NCBI GenBank assembly: GCA_030141605.1
Contig: JAQGDQ010000001.1
Span: 620,001-684,000, forward strand
Reading direction: 5' to 3'
From: Tubiluchus corallicola
Lineage: Eukaryota > Animalia > Priapulida
DNA length: 64,000 bases
The position numbers and the translations under genes were made by a program. The notes below the pieces were generated by a model. It saw nothing but the letters and a program-made list of their open reading frames with translations, was not told the origin of the DNA and did not search any database. How positions within the stretch are numbered: the stretch's first letter is position 1; every line of letters starts with the position of its first letter. Shown here piece after piece: positions 28,601 to 43,600 of the stretch.

Positions 28601-31600
28601 ATTGACTTTAGGGTAAGAACGTCAGAAATTTCTCATTATAATTCAGCCTGGTTAAAGATGCTAAAAGACATCTTTTCTATGCATGCATAAGCAAGTCTGG
28701 TTGTATTAAATTGTGGATAACTGCGACAGCTCTAGTTGCTGTTGTTGTTGGCCAGTCACCTGTCGCAACTTCTAACTTAGATGTTGTGTTTTATGGTACC
28801 TTTCCCGACTTAAGGTTGCTCTGTAATGTGTAATGTGTAATGCACGCCTTCTACCGCCTGGGTCTGCATTTTACATGAGTAAATGCGTTCTGGTATTGAT
28901 ATTTGAGTGAACATTATTTCGTAGCTTTGTTTCGATTTTATTCTTTTTTTTAAACCAATGTTATATACTTATATATCTCAGGCACTTTTTGCCTTTCGCG
29001 TATTTGTAATTTTTGGAATAAGAATTTGGGCAGTGTATGTTAATTTATAGGGCGCCCGGCCAGAAAAAACAATTCGTTATTGCCAAAATATGTATCCTGT
29101 TCTACCTTGTAAATGCAAATTGTGTGCGTAGTTCCGAGGGATTAAAATTATATTAGTTACGACTCTGTTAGCTGTTTTTTAGATACATTACCAGGTCTTT
29201 CATGATTAAGCATATACTTGGTAAGAGTTAATGTGTAGGTTATGCTAGATTAGGGTTACGGGATTGCGCAGATGATCCATGTTTTGAAACTCTTTTTGAC
29301 CACTGAATGATGACCGTAGAGACTCAAATGAGTAAGCTCACAATCTAGCAAAAGCCGCTTTGAATAAACGAAGACCCCTTTATTCCATGCATTTCATGTG
29401 GGATTCCACTCCGCATTTACTTGCTTTCAAACTAGATGAATTCGCACTATTTGTTATCATCCATTTAGATTATGACATACTGATATCAAATAAATTACGT
29501 TTTGCATTGCTATTAGTTACCGCTAAACAAGCCAGCCGACCAGCATGCGGCATGTGTCATACAGCAGACGGAACGCAATGAAGCCAGGCTCAAATTAATT
29601 ATTCCACGATGAATCTGAAAGGCGTAAAACTAATTGGTGACTGTGTCGTAAATAACCGACCATTTTAACGTTAATATTTGCCCATCTCTGTCGCTCTGGA
29701 TAATTAGTTCATTGCCTGAATAATTGTTCTGAATGTTATAATGGATTCATATTTGCCAAGCAGGTGGGTTGATATATGATATAGATAGATGTAGCATATT
29801 GGTCAGTAATACGCTTGCATTAGCTAGAGTACGGTCAAACACTTGGCTATTCAATGATACTTGTAGGCCCACTGTGTCATTGTGTAAATTTGGGGTATTT
29901 ACGACGATTATACGCCAGTGTAAATCAAAATGATTGGACATCTTAGCCGCACGATTGAAATCTACAAATTGCACAGGATATACCATAAGTCAGAACAGTA
30001 AAGAAGGTTACTTTCTCATTTTGTGTGTAAAAATGGAATTTACATACACCCAAGTACAGCAATTAGCTTATATATCTAACAGTTTTCGTACAGTTTATTC
30101 TAACCATACCTAACCATTTATTCGAGACCCTTGGCTTTCTTGCTTGATTAAAACAGGCCGCGTCAAGGGACCGCACTTCTGTCAAATTAATTTTACACGC
30201 GTTTGTCTTCTGTACAAATTCGCGTGCATCAATGTTTCGTCTCTGATCATACTGTTGATATAAAGTCATAAATAACCGGACATTTCTATTTACATTTGTA
30301 ACCTTGGGGATTGCAGGATAAATTGCAAGCAGGGCGAGCTCACAGTTTGTAAACAGCAGTATGTGCTAGTATTGTTACGCGGCTTACAATTTAACAACCG
30401 TAGAACATAAACACATTTAATACTGGAAATCAAGACAGCATAATATATGAGAAATAAAGAACATCTTTTTACAGTTCTCCAACATTGTCTGTTGCAATAT
30501 TACTCTCCTTGTCGTGGGAATTTTCCCAATGGGCATTTGATTAAAATTACCAATGTGTAGAAAGTGCATTTACTGTGCACGCGACGAAGTGTTAGTCCTT
30601 TATGCAGATTTGTTTTTAAAAATCTACGTTCAGTAGGTCTAAGACTACATTATTAACAAAAAGAAAGCAGTTTGACCACTTTTTAGTGTAAAAGATGAAA
30701 TTCAAAGAACGAGTTCTTCTATTTTCTGTGTTTACGTAGACTATAATTACACGTATTTCGACTACAATTTATGCATAAATTACTGTGGCGATACATTTAT
30801 AAAGGGATTACAATATTTATTATCAGTACTGACGACATACAGAACATACTTTTGATTTACGAATAATGTAGTGATTTGATCTCATTCGTAATAACTGCTA
30901 AAGTGAAAGCAACTATTGCACAGTTTTCAATCTGGGCTTTTGTTGTTTTTTTAATGCAAACTTACAACGTTTTTGTGAGCAAAAAGTTTATGTGAAGACA
31001 TGGAGAGGCAGCTTGATATAAAATGATTACTGTTTCGTTGAACAATATAATGAATAGATTTAGGGTAACTACATTTTTGAATCATGTATTCAACGTATAC
31101 GCTAGTGTTAAGACTTTAGTGATAGGACCATACAAAATATAGCACACGAATTTGCTATCCGAGCTGTATGTGTATAATCACCTGATCTAATCTGAAACAG
31201 GATAGCTAAGTTAGCGGAAATTACGCTTCCTAACAGTAGCAATCCCAGTAGTCATTTCCTGCTGTATAACTTGAGAGCCTCGTCAAACTGTATGTATCAG
31301 GGTTACGAATATGATTGACCATTATCTACCAGCCTAAGAACGTTGCAGGTCGTTTCGGCTTTTCCTAAAGTTTTTGAGTGAAACTGCTTTTTCACTTTGC
31401 TGAAGTTCGTTATCAAATTCAATATGTCCTAAACGTAATATCCTTCTTGTGTAAAATAGTCATTTATTTAGGGCAAAAAAAGATTTACTGAATGGTAAAT
31501 GATGCTATAACTGTAATAAAGTCATGAACGCTTTGGTCTGCGTCAAAGCTATGCAAACTTTGCGAGTGTTGTTCGTTAAAAATAAATTATCAAACTCTGT

Positions 31601-34600
31601 GCCTAGTCCATTGCATGATGTACTTTGGCATTTAATAGAATGCCAAAGCAGCTAAAGTAGGCCTTCAACAAAATTGGAGACAGTGTACATGTACTCAGTT
31701 TTCTCATTCATTACTTGGCTTTTACTGCACATGATTTACCTTCTTATTATGTCTTAATCAGTACATGGATGAAGCCTTAATATAAATCAGGCTAATTTTA
31801 TGTAAAGTTCTCTCTCAGCCATGCATATCAGTGTAATGCAAGTACAAATAGAAACCTGTGACGACCGGTGACTACAAAATAATGAAGTTAACAACATTTA
31901 TATTAAATTTATTTTGTCGCAATATTTATCGTACGGATTGCCGGTTTAATAACATAACATAATAATCTTGGGAATTTTACGTGGCCTCTTCTAAAGATGG
32001 CTGAGATTTGCTCAGCAATGTTTGTAATTTATTTGTAGACAAACAAACCCACGTTGTCAAAATAACGGACTTATGTCGATAACTTACAAGGAGCAAAGAC
32101 TTGTACTGAAATATGAAACGCAATTACTAGAACAAATTTTACGATAAGCACTGTTTGCCATAATTTGTACTTTTGATGATGCATTTAAAGCAATAATGAT
32201 AAATCTTTAATCTAGGTAGAAACACTATTTCTCTCGGCTTTCTTTTTGCATGCGTGATAAGTCCTTGACCTTAATCTTGTTTTTGGAAATTCTCCTGTGT
32301 GGAAGAAGTTGGTTTTTTTAAAGAAAACATTGCGCTGTGCAGTAATGATTGATTTTTCCTGTTTCATTTCACGATGCCTTTTCTCTCCCGGCTAGTGAAT
32401 TTGTAGTGATAGTGGGTTAGGACTGATGCTGCCTTTGGTGGGTGTTGGGCGGTACACGGCTATGTTGTGAGCGTTGGAACAATTGCTCTTGAGGAATTTC
32501 TTTAGCCGTTAAATCGCTCAATACTGACCTGTATTTCTGCACTTGTTTTGGAATTAAATATTTATTATTACTTATACAGCCTCATATTGCTCTTATGCAT
32601 TCATTTAAGTGTTATTGCGTCAGCTGTACCGATATTTTCTCTGTGCATATATTACTGTGTTTCAAAATCTTGTCCTAGTCCTAACCCAATATTAGCTATT
32701 GTTGCCTAAAATTGTCACAACACGCGTAACAGTTGTGTTCCATCAAGGCAAGCAAAAATTTTAGGTCATTCTTATTATTAGTATCCGCGTCGCTGTCAAC
32801 GACAACGACAATAAGACGCAACCGATTTTGTAGCATTTGTCTTCCATGAAACTATCGGTGTCAATATTATCATCATCATCAAGCACCTCCATTGCTACCA
32901 CTAAGGGTGCCACCATCACCCCTCCGTCGCTGCTGCTAGGCCCTGCTACGTTTATGCCAAAATTGTCACCATTTGGCATCATTCTCTGCATCAACACGAC
33001 CACCACCATAACTGCCACCGCAGCCATCGCCACCGCCATCGCCGCCACTACCACCACCACCACCACCACTATCCAACCATCATCATCTTCGTAATGTGCC
33101 TAAAGCTTGACAAACTTTTTGGAGACGACCAGTTTGGTCACACCTAAATGACTACATGCACATGTAAGAGAATATGGTAAATGACCTTAAACTCTATCCT
33201 GTTCTCCTAAATTCTAGCTTTTAACTCAAAGTTACATGATCGTTCCCAAAGTTGCGACTTCATGAATCATCTCTATATGTATGCTATACGTGCGCACTGT
33301 TACTATATATGTCCAGTTATTTATATTTAATGCAATAATTTATACATGCTTCATGTATTATGCGTATTAAACTTTGATGTGGCTATGATCAATTTTGCCG
33401 TGCCTTAATTTGGGTGTGTATGTTGATTGAGTGTGACAGAGCTGAACAATTAATAACTGCATTATATACCATAGACTGTGCCTTTTTCGATAAATAATTT
33501 ATGCGTGCCTGCAGTTCATTAGAAAAATAGTGAAACTTAATACGCCGGTGAAGCCATGCAGGAGATCTTTTTGGTAAAATCACATAAAATGCTTTTTAGG
33601 TTCTATTAGTCACCACTTCTGTGGTCGTAAGAGTGAGGGCTAGCATATATAGACCTTCTAAAACTGCAGATTTATTATCATTCCATGTCTGTTTTGATTC
33701 AAGCTTTGAGAAGTGAGCTTTTTTACTTCACTTTCAGCAGAATTTCATCCATATATGATACTATCAGTTGTATCATTTGGTACAGTTAGTGCCCGAAAAA
33801 CAACTCACAGAACCGTCTGTGTTAATGACGCATGAGAATTAAATATATTATAGAGCTGTAATGTGGACAATAACCAGGGGGGATTAAACCATTAGGCTAA
33901 TAAGGCATTAAGCCATAATTTTGGTAGACCCTCATAGTCGTCAGCCCGATGACCAATAAACTGAACATCCTGAAGACAAGTAGCTTATATTTTTTCCATT
34001 TTTGTGCATTTCCAGTAAGCACTTGAATGATTGAGCCTTATATTGTATTGTACACAAAATATTTCATTTTTCACTGTAGACCCATAAACTTCGCCACAAA
34101 ACATTTAGACACATGTAGTCTTGGCCACATAGGCCCGTGGGCTTCGTTTGTTTTGGACGCAAATCATTTTGATACATGGATTCACACAAGAATTTAACCC
34201 TTGTAAAGAGTAGGACCATCTAGACATGTGCAACATACTTCTCACTGTCCAACGCTCTAGAATCTTCATTAGAGGTAATAAGCAACTCAGTGATAAACAG
34301 CAACTCATCTTTTGGTTAACCAAGGCGAAAAGGCATGACAATTAAAGTCATTCTCGTTCATCACGACTAACGACAAAGGCTTTAGATAAGCCTATACAAA
34401 AACAAAAGAACAGCTCCATAACAATTAACATTTTTTAAAATTTCGGAGACGTTTGATGGCAATCTGACCTGCAAATAAATCCCTTGGTTTCTTGATAGCT
34501 TTAGGCCCGCGAAACCCTTACACCGCCCCTAATAATAGCTTATGAAAATACAATAGATTTAAGGGCGTTGGACGTTAAAAACCGATACCAATCTGTCTCT

Positions 34601-37600
34601 CGGTTTTGTATCTCTCAACCGAGATCAATAAATGAACACGCACAAAATTTCGTTAGACTTTGATGCCCCCAGTAAAAGTCTTTTATTGTTTTAGTCACTG
34701 GGTTGGTTCCATGCGACCTGATTGTGTTTTTACCAACATGGGCAATCAATTGCTGTTGCATTAATAATTCTAAATTATTTAAAGCCAGCGCACAAGTACT
34801 TGGATAAAATCATTATTTATGCTGAATCACGTCTGGATGCTTTGGTTTATAGTAATATGCTTCTCTGTATGTTCTTTTCAAGGTGAACTTTGTGTCTTCT
34901 GCTTGATTGCTCAGAGGATGCAACACTGAGTTGCGTCAATAAAGATGAAAATAGCACCGTTTTCTCAGTCTATCGTAACATCAGTACATCTGAGAATTAC
35001 TGATTGCAATTTAAACATTTAAACTTGTCTCATTTTAGCTGTTGCTACATTCAGTGATAAACACAGAGAAATGATATATTTTTTAATTTGGACAATTTGC
35101 TGCGACTGCACTTGTATGCGCAGAAATTCGGACATTTGCGCATGGTAATTTGGCAATTGCACGATTATTCTCAGCTGCAAAAAGTCCAGTTATGAAGGCT
35201 ATGTGAACTATCACTTATTAACTACCAAAGTTCCACGTTCAAAAATGTCATGGCCAAAGACACTATTTTTGATTATTCTCCACACGAAAGAAATTACTTC
35301 ACGAAGCGAACTGAGAACTGCGTAGTTTGAATTGTACAGGAGTTTATAAAATAAATCAGTTCCAAGGGTGTACTTTTGGGGAAGGTAAAGGACACTACTG
35401 ATGCAGATATGATTTCGTTGAATTGCCCTTAATTGCAAGAAATACTATTCAAGGATTAATGTAATTCTTTGTAATAGGATGAATACAGTGGGTATACTCA
35501 ACGTTATATTTTAACGAAGTCAACTTTTTTGGTCTTTTTGCGGTCTTGAGATACTGTCAAGAAAAAAAATGTTTCAATTAGCACGACTACCAATAACACA
35601 AAAACGCTCCATCTTTGTAAACCGATGTTCAGAAATGCCCAAGTTAGCGGCGCTAGCCAATTTTGAGTTCTGGGAAAGCTGTCACTGTGTTGCAGGCATC
35701 AGTAATCAGTAATCACTATAATCTTGTTTCAAACTTTTTTTTTCAGAATAAAGTTGTTAATGTTGATGGGACAAAAGTCAAATTGCAGGTTTGTAAAAAT
35801 TGTTCTTCAGTTTCTTGGTTCACGGTCATTAACAATTTAGTCTCATATAAATGCTATTTATATAAGTTTCATATAAGCAAATGAAGATTTATTGAATATG
35901 TGTGGCGCTTGGGAGCACATGCAGAGTATTAACATTATTTTGCGCAAATGACAGCAGCACCTGTTAATTAGTGATTTTATACGGAAAAATACCATTTACG
36001 CGTCCTAACATGGCTCTTATTCTGCACTAGATTTGGGATACAGCAGGACAAGAACGATTTAGAAGCGTTACACATGCGTACTACAGGGATGCACATGGTG
36101 AGTATGGGGTGTCCCCAATGTCAATTTAACCGATGGCCGCTTAGAAGAGGGTGTCACAATGTTTACGACCTTCGTTCGTCCAGAAAGGTCATAAATTTTG
36201 CTTCGTCAATAAATAAGTAAATAATAGATACAAGTAGAAGGAGGGCACTCAGTAGAGGTACAGAACTACGCTCTTACGTGTAATAACGATTGGGCAAAAT
36301 TTTAGTTTTTGTAACTTGACCTTTGACTTTTTCCACCAAAAAGCAGTGGGTTTCCAGATCTTGCTAAGACCTATCACTGTCGCCAAGTTTGATGATTATA
36401 ACTTCATCTGTTTTGATTTTATAGGTTTGTTTTGATATTGTCGCATTGACCTATGGCCCTTTGAATCCAAAATCAGTGAGTCTCAATTCCTACCCGGATT
36501 AATCCTACCCGTGGTGACAAAATAATGCATTTAAATTTATTTTTGGCTTGACACATGGCTTTCGACAGAAAACAAGCAAAAGTAAAAACATTGATAAGAC
36601 AAGCATTATTTTTTAGACCAAACTGCTTACATTCAGCTTTCCAAAGGTACCTTTGGTCCTGGTGATCCATGCACTCTAGCATTTGACTAAGCTTGAGTAA
36701 CCTAAACTTTCATCACCATGTGATGGAGTAATTGGTTTGTGTCATTTGACTCTGTCTGTTCAAGCGATGTGTCGCAATTTTCTTTTGTGAATTACTTTCG
36801 TGAGTTGGTTTTAAAAAGCACACTACTGTTTTCTGTGAAGGAAACGTTTTTTGTCAGTCGGAAAGCGATGGTTCGCGATTTAAGGCAATAAGTGTATTAT
36901 CTGGCTGCCGAAATACGTCGATATATTTATTGTAAATTAACATCTCTGTCCTCCATTGAACAGCAAGAAAGACTTAATATTTTTTCTTACTATTCTTTTT
37001 GTCATTCATATGGGTTCGGTTATCTGTTACAAAAAATGGTTCTTTTAATAAACAAAAGGTTGCAAACATTTAAAGGTTTTTTGCTATTTAATATTTTGAC
37101 TACTGACCAGTCGTTCACCAAACTGATTCAAGAATGGTTGCATCATGCAATTTTGAAGAGCGGGGTTCACAAACCAAAACGTCACAGGATCTGTGCCTGA
37201 ATGTAGACGAAAGCAGAATAATCTGCTGTTCACTGAACTTTTTGAATCCAGGTAATACGGGTTTATGAAAAAACTGCTTGTTTATTGGTGTAAGTTATTT
37301 CCTCTAAACACCAGTTTATTCTTTTTATTGAACTTGGGTGCTAATTTCGTCGTGCTGACAAATAGTGTCATCTTTGAGTGCCAATTAGTTGGTATAGTTG
37401 GCAAATAATAGCAAAAAAGTTGTCTGAAAAGAAAAGCCGTTTTCTTACAAAAGCTTGTTTATCTTGATCTTTTTATTTCATTTGAATAGCTGTTTTTATT
37501 TTAAATTATCAAAAATTGTCATTGTTTGAGTGTTAAAGCATTTTAATTCTGTCTGCGCGTTGCTGTTTTTCTTCTTCTGGGGATGGCTACGATAGTAATA

Positions 37601-40600
37601 ATCCTCTAGGCCTTTTGCTAACAGACTTGCTCGAAGTACTGTTAACGCTGGAAGTACTTCGCTCGAATAGATGGTTTAGTGCACTAAAAAGCCTATTAAA
37701 CCGAATTAATCCATCATTAATAATGATCATAAGCTGTAAAGGAAATCCTAGTTTTAAAAAATAGATCCATTTTAATCGCAAACATAATTTCACTTTTTCA
37801 CAGTTCTTTGTTAATATGGAATTATCCAGGGATGTTTAGTTATGTAGCCAAAGTTACTGTAGATGTTACCTCAAACAAACCACTGAATCACTTAAACTTG
37901 ACTTACTGACTCAAACTAAAGGCCTGAACATAAAATTTATGTTCCCTGAATTAAGATAACTCAGGAACATTAATGACCGTATAAAATTCTAAGCTAAGCT
38001 GTAATTATCTGTTTACTTCTACAACAATATGGTTTATTTACGATGTTTTATATGTCTTAGATCAATGTAAAACCGCTAGTAAGCTTCTGCAGTATTTATT
38101 ACGTGATTCTCACATCTTTCATGTGCGTCTAGAATTTTAAAATGCGAGTCCCAGCTGGCTTGAACCACGTAAATGCTTTTACCAGAACAAGCATTGAGCC
38201 GTATTAAAGCGAAATCTTGACACATCGTAGCAGTCGTATATCAACTGGTCTGAATGTATGAACTCTAATGACATGCGCGGTACTGCCTGATGGTAGCTAA
38301 AGCTACTGCATCAGAATTTGAAAAAAACTTGCAAAATACAAAATTGTGAAAAACTAAATTTTTTTGAAGTGTCAAAGACCATTATGATATCCTAATATAA
38401 ATAAATACGCTATTCACACTTTCATTATGTATTGTCAATGAAAACCATAACTAAAATGTCACATTTCTGCACAATATACATAAATAGAGGAACAGTTTAA
38501 TGCCAATATAAGATTTATTATAATTTCAACATTGCAATTAGCTAAATTTTCACAGCCAACATGCCCAAATGGATCACAACTGGGCTCAGTTACGACTGGC
38601 CATTCATTATGACCCTATTTCCGTTTTGTCCACCTACAAAGGGCCACATGTGGCCTACCTACTGAAGACAAGACATACACCCAGATGGTGTGCCTAATAA
38701 AAATCTAGGTACTACAGGGATCAACATGGGCTTATTTATCTGAAAGGTAGGTCCCATCTAGGATTCTTGGGCCCAAGTGAGCTTGCTCAGTTAAAATAAA
38801 GGTCTTATGCACGGTGTCTATGTGAGCTTATCTAGTTATAACATAGCTCCTATATGGAGTCAAAGTAGATTTACACAGTTAAACCTGAGCTTCTATGTGG
38901 GCCCATATATACTTAGGTGCATAATATGGTTAACCGTGAAAAATCGTGAAATACCGCACCAGTTTCATATAATCTACAGGGGCGCCATAACATCAAGCGC
39001 ATACAGGAAGAATAGACCGGACGTGTACAGTCTTGCACACAAGAAATTAAATTTGTACGTTTTTTACAAAGTGTCGACTGGTAACAAAAATTTACAGTTC
39101 TTCCTGCACAGGAGCATTGCAAAACTAAATTATTATTATTTGTTAAGATTTGGCCCATAATCCTCTTCACCGATTACTCTATTGTTTTTTCTCCAATGTC
39201 TCCTACGAAAATAACCTAAAATAACAACAAAACATCTTTGTTAAGCATTAACGAAATTAGGACTTTATTTTCGAAGTCATAAGCCAAAAGCCGCTTGCAG
39301 TCGTTTGTTTGATTCTGTCAAGAAATTCATACGAAATTTCATAACACTGCATTACGAAGACTTTGTTGAATTTAAACATTTGGTCATCAACAAAATGATT
39401 ATATGTGAACTGCACTGAACGTTTATGTCCAGTCTTGCTGACGGCTGCCCAGCAGTGGAACTTATGCAGTTTAAAGTAATTTCTTTACAAATTTTTCTGA
39501 GTTTCCAATTTTTAAATAAGGCCCTACACAAAATATTACTTTGAGTTTACTTTACTGTTATCACTTAAACTTTGCAAAGTATTGTCAAAAAGCCGTAAAG
39601 TTAATTTTTACTACAGTGGTGCAGAAATTTTCAGGCGCGGTGGTTGCCGCCGTTTACTTGAAAATTGAGACGTAACTGCCTAACTAGTGAACTTCATGAC
39701 ATTTCGGAAGAGCTCGTCGCTTAAACTAATTCAAACTTCTGCATCGTACCTAATGTTCGTGCAGAATATCGTAAAATTAGTTGTCTAGTTTTTTTGTAAA
39801 AACTTATAATGTTTTTGACGGAACTGACAGCGAGCTGTTTTTCTTCAACCGTTGAACGACGTCATTGGTGGAAGAATGGCCGTTCAAATGAGCGCGCCCA
39901 AGCGTGAAATCATCGGGACTTTAAAAGTGATTTTACTATTTATACAAGGTGCTTAATACAGTTTTATTACTAAATCTTCGTAACTTTTTTCGCGGCGTAA
40001 ATTTTCGTCGGCAGTGTGCCTGCAGCCTATCTAAGGATTACATATTAATATTATTATCTATGGTATTGACGGCCTCTTCGCGTACTCCAATGTTATGTTT
40101 TTCAATAAAATACCACTTGAGGGGTGGCGATTTACATTAATTATAAACTGCATTTTGAAAAACTGCATCTCATAGTGTTAGTTTGTTCAAATTACGTGTA
40201 TTTTTTATTTCAGCTTTATTATTATTATACGATGTTACGAGCAGACACAGTTTTGATAACATACGGGTAAGTATCATTCTTGTAATTATTACAATTTATT
40301 GATTACAAATTAATAATTGATTACAAATTACTTTTGCAACGAAAATGGGTCGCTATGTTATATTCTTTATTATGGTTATAGGAAAGCAAAAGTCAAAATG
40401 ACCTACGGATCTAAATTATCTTCACCATAAGTGTTGTTTTTAAACTTGATTTTTAGGAATAAGTTATTGTCTTAAGAACTTGATTTCTTTATAGTTTCCT
40501 TACTTGGGTAAAGTCGCCTGCTTCCTGTATGTGTATAGTAAGAGATGTATTGCAACAGCTGAGCTATGTATGATAGCTATTTTATAAGGTTTTCATGGCA

Positions 40601-43600
40601 ATTATGGTCAAACCTTCTGGAGTCACGCTTTAGCTACCCGATGACTAATTGTGCTCGAGGACCGTTAACTAAAGGACAAGAAATACGTTTATTTGCATTT
40701 ATAAAGATAAAAAATTCGTATTAAAATTTTGTATCACCTATATATTACCTTATTACGCACAGAACTGCATTAGCAGCAACGCTGTGTAGAACTTGAAAAT
40801 TTAAATTACCACTACGACTGCTAATTAGGCGCAGCCATATTGACCGTAGGTCGTTTGAAACAAATTTAGACAATATTGCATAAAGTCTGAAAAATAATCA
40901 CAGCATTCGTAGCGCACATTTCACTAACTAAGTAAAAGAATAAATTACTGTAGCTTGCCAGTAAAATTAAAAACATGTTTTTGGTGAGTCTGTGGTGGCG
41001 CACACTGAGAAGGTGAGTCAATGATATTTTACCAGTTGGCACGAACATTTTAAACTAAGAATTTTCTTTTCTAGTTACATAAGTTTTCAAGCAGATAAGC
41101 GTAATGCTGAGTTACATAACATTGTGTGGAAAGTTTTTTGGGAACATATTTTAAAATTTCCTTTTCTTGCCCTTTAAATGTCTAAGCAAAAAACTGAATA
41201 TGAAAAATTGTTAGGAAATTATAGGTAATCAATATACGTTTTGACTATTAATCAAAATGAGTTATGGTTTAGAAATGGTTTTGTTTTTCTTCAAACTGAA
41301 ATATATAGCTACTTTTAGAAGCTGCAATGCTCTTCTTGCACTTAGAATATGGTATTATTGTCTTTACTACAATTCTTGACACGTACCCCCTTCTCTCATG
41401 CAATAAATTAAAAAATTGCGATCTCTAGCCTATGTGATGGGAGATCTTTTAAATACCGTGCTGATGAATCAATAACATTCGATCCACTATACGTTTTCCG
41501 TAGTGCAAACATCTCCCCGATGAGAAAATGAAATTGGCTTCTAGCTTACTGTTTACTGAATCACGTTCTTTCATTACTTGAAATTTATTCCATTATTTAC
41601 TTGTTGCCTATTATCTGAATGCGAAAGTTACAGATGAAACTCGTACATATGACAGAAATTGATATTCATGAAAGTTGAAGGGATTATTGTTAACAGGCTT
41701 GGTTGTCAGAGATCAACGAATATGCACAGGAGGATGTTGTTATCATGTTAGTAGGCAATAAGTGTGACTTGTCGGAAAGAGCTATACGAACCGAGGACGG
41801 CGAAAAATTAGCAAAGGTAAGCCTTTAATGCCCAAACGTACCTTTGTGTGTATTTGGATTCTTGGTAAAAAGTTTGGATGTCTGTAATTAGCAGACTGAG
41901 CAGATAACGTTTAATATTTATCTCAGGTTTTTAGTGCAGCGCCGCCCAATGCAAAAGCCAAGAATTACAATTTTTCACTTAAATTTTCAACCTGTAGCTT
42001 TGATGCCGTCATTAGCAAATTGTTAATAGTGTGGATGCGCCCAGGTAAAATATTCCAAAAGAAAACCCAAATCCTGCATAACTTGATACGATAAACCTGA
42101 AGTGTAAAGTATAAAAGTGTTGTAAAGCAAAATGACAATAGAAAAAAAATTAATAGGTGAAAATAAGGACTAAGTGTAGCTTAAACAAAAATAAGTCCAA
42201 TGCCTAATCTGCGTTACAAAGATTAATTTACAGTATCACAAAATTAGTAGTTGTTGTGTAAATTTAGAGGAAAAGATGACAAAATTTAAATTAACAAAAC
42301 TTGCAATTTGGTGGCTAAAGTGGCATCCTGGAATGACAAAAAAACAGTAATTATTACTTTCACCAGCGTCAAAAACGGCGAACAGAAATCATACACGTGT
42401 AAGTTCTGAGCAGGTAAATCGGGTCAGATGTTAGAAACGGCGGTTTGTTTGTTTATTTTTGTAATTTATCTAATCGAAAAAGCGGTTTGCTAGACTTGAG
42501 CTTAAATTTTGCCCCACGTTCAAAAACCGAATGTTCGTCATAGACCCAAATAAACGTGAAATTATTAGTATTGGATTTTTCTACATGGTTGTATTGTTTA
42601 GCTAAAGAAAAACCAGGAACATATGATTAACATACATGCAAAATCATGAAACATAATGATAATTACATAATGGTATTTACTATGAAATGATTAAGTAGAT
42701 TTGTTACATTCGTTCCTCATCAGCTTTTGGCCTACTACATACTAAATAATGGCCGAGCTACGTTAAGGTAAAATTAATATAAATTAAACGTTTACAGGAC
42801 AACGTGATATAACAAGATATAACAATAGACCATACATAGTTACGCAGGCCTCATAGTATCTTCAACAAGGAGCCTCCGGGAAAGTTTGGTGACCTTTAAT
42901 GGGCTTCTGACAGCCGACTGGCTATAATGCAACTAATTTAAAAGGTTAAACTAAAAAGACTTAAAATGTTCACTAGGTGCCACTAGCATCTATGCCATTC
43001 GTTTATCATTTTATAAGTATATTCTGCATTCAACAGTGCACATTTGCAGTTTTGGCCTCAAAACGTCTAATCTATTAGATGCATTAATTGAAAAAAAGTA
43101 ATAACGAGGTGACAGCATGCGGAAGTTTTATAATGATGTCACTGGATTTCCCGCTGTGCTGCTTTATTATTGCAGCATAGTTAAATATGTTGATTTCCGA
43201 TCGTTCCTGCTTCCTGAATGTTTCACTGCCAAGTTGTTCAAAATAGCAAATATTTTTTGGTTTTCCAAAGGATAAAATTGTAAGACATTGTTTGATTCGT
43301 GGGTGTAACCGATGCGAAATGAACTGGGCAGGGCAGAAAGATTGAGTTTGTTCGTTATACTTTACGGATGACGTGCGAGGGTTTTGAGTCTGAAATGTAC
43401 ACTGCCTGATTGTGGAGCAGTAGTGTCGCGGCTTTGTCTTCAAAAGGCATAGGTGTATGGCATACGTAAACAAATTGTTATTAGCTACGACTATTGCTAT
43501 GTTTATTGGTCTGTAATAATTATTAAAATATGTTGTACAATATTCAGCCTATACAAGTGTGTACTCTGTAATGACCAGGAATAAAATAATTTGATTTAAA

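Noticed and set aside
32761-33094. Poly-Val/poly-Thr ORFs on both strands
   Set aside because: Trinucleotide low-complexity tract with no domain and no splice context.
43084-43473. 129-aa minus-strand ORF, and nearby NF-kB/ETS-like motifs (ggatttccc, cggaagt)
   Set aside because: No recognisable domain and no ATG start; such short motifs occur by chance.
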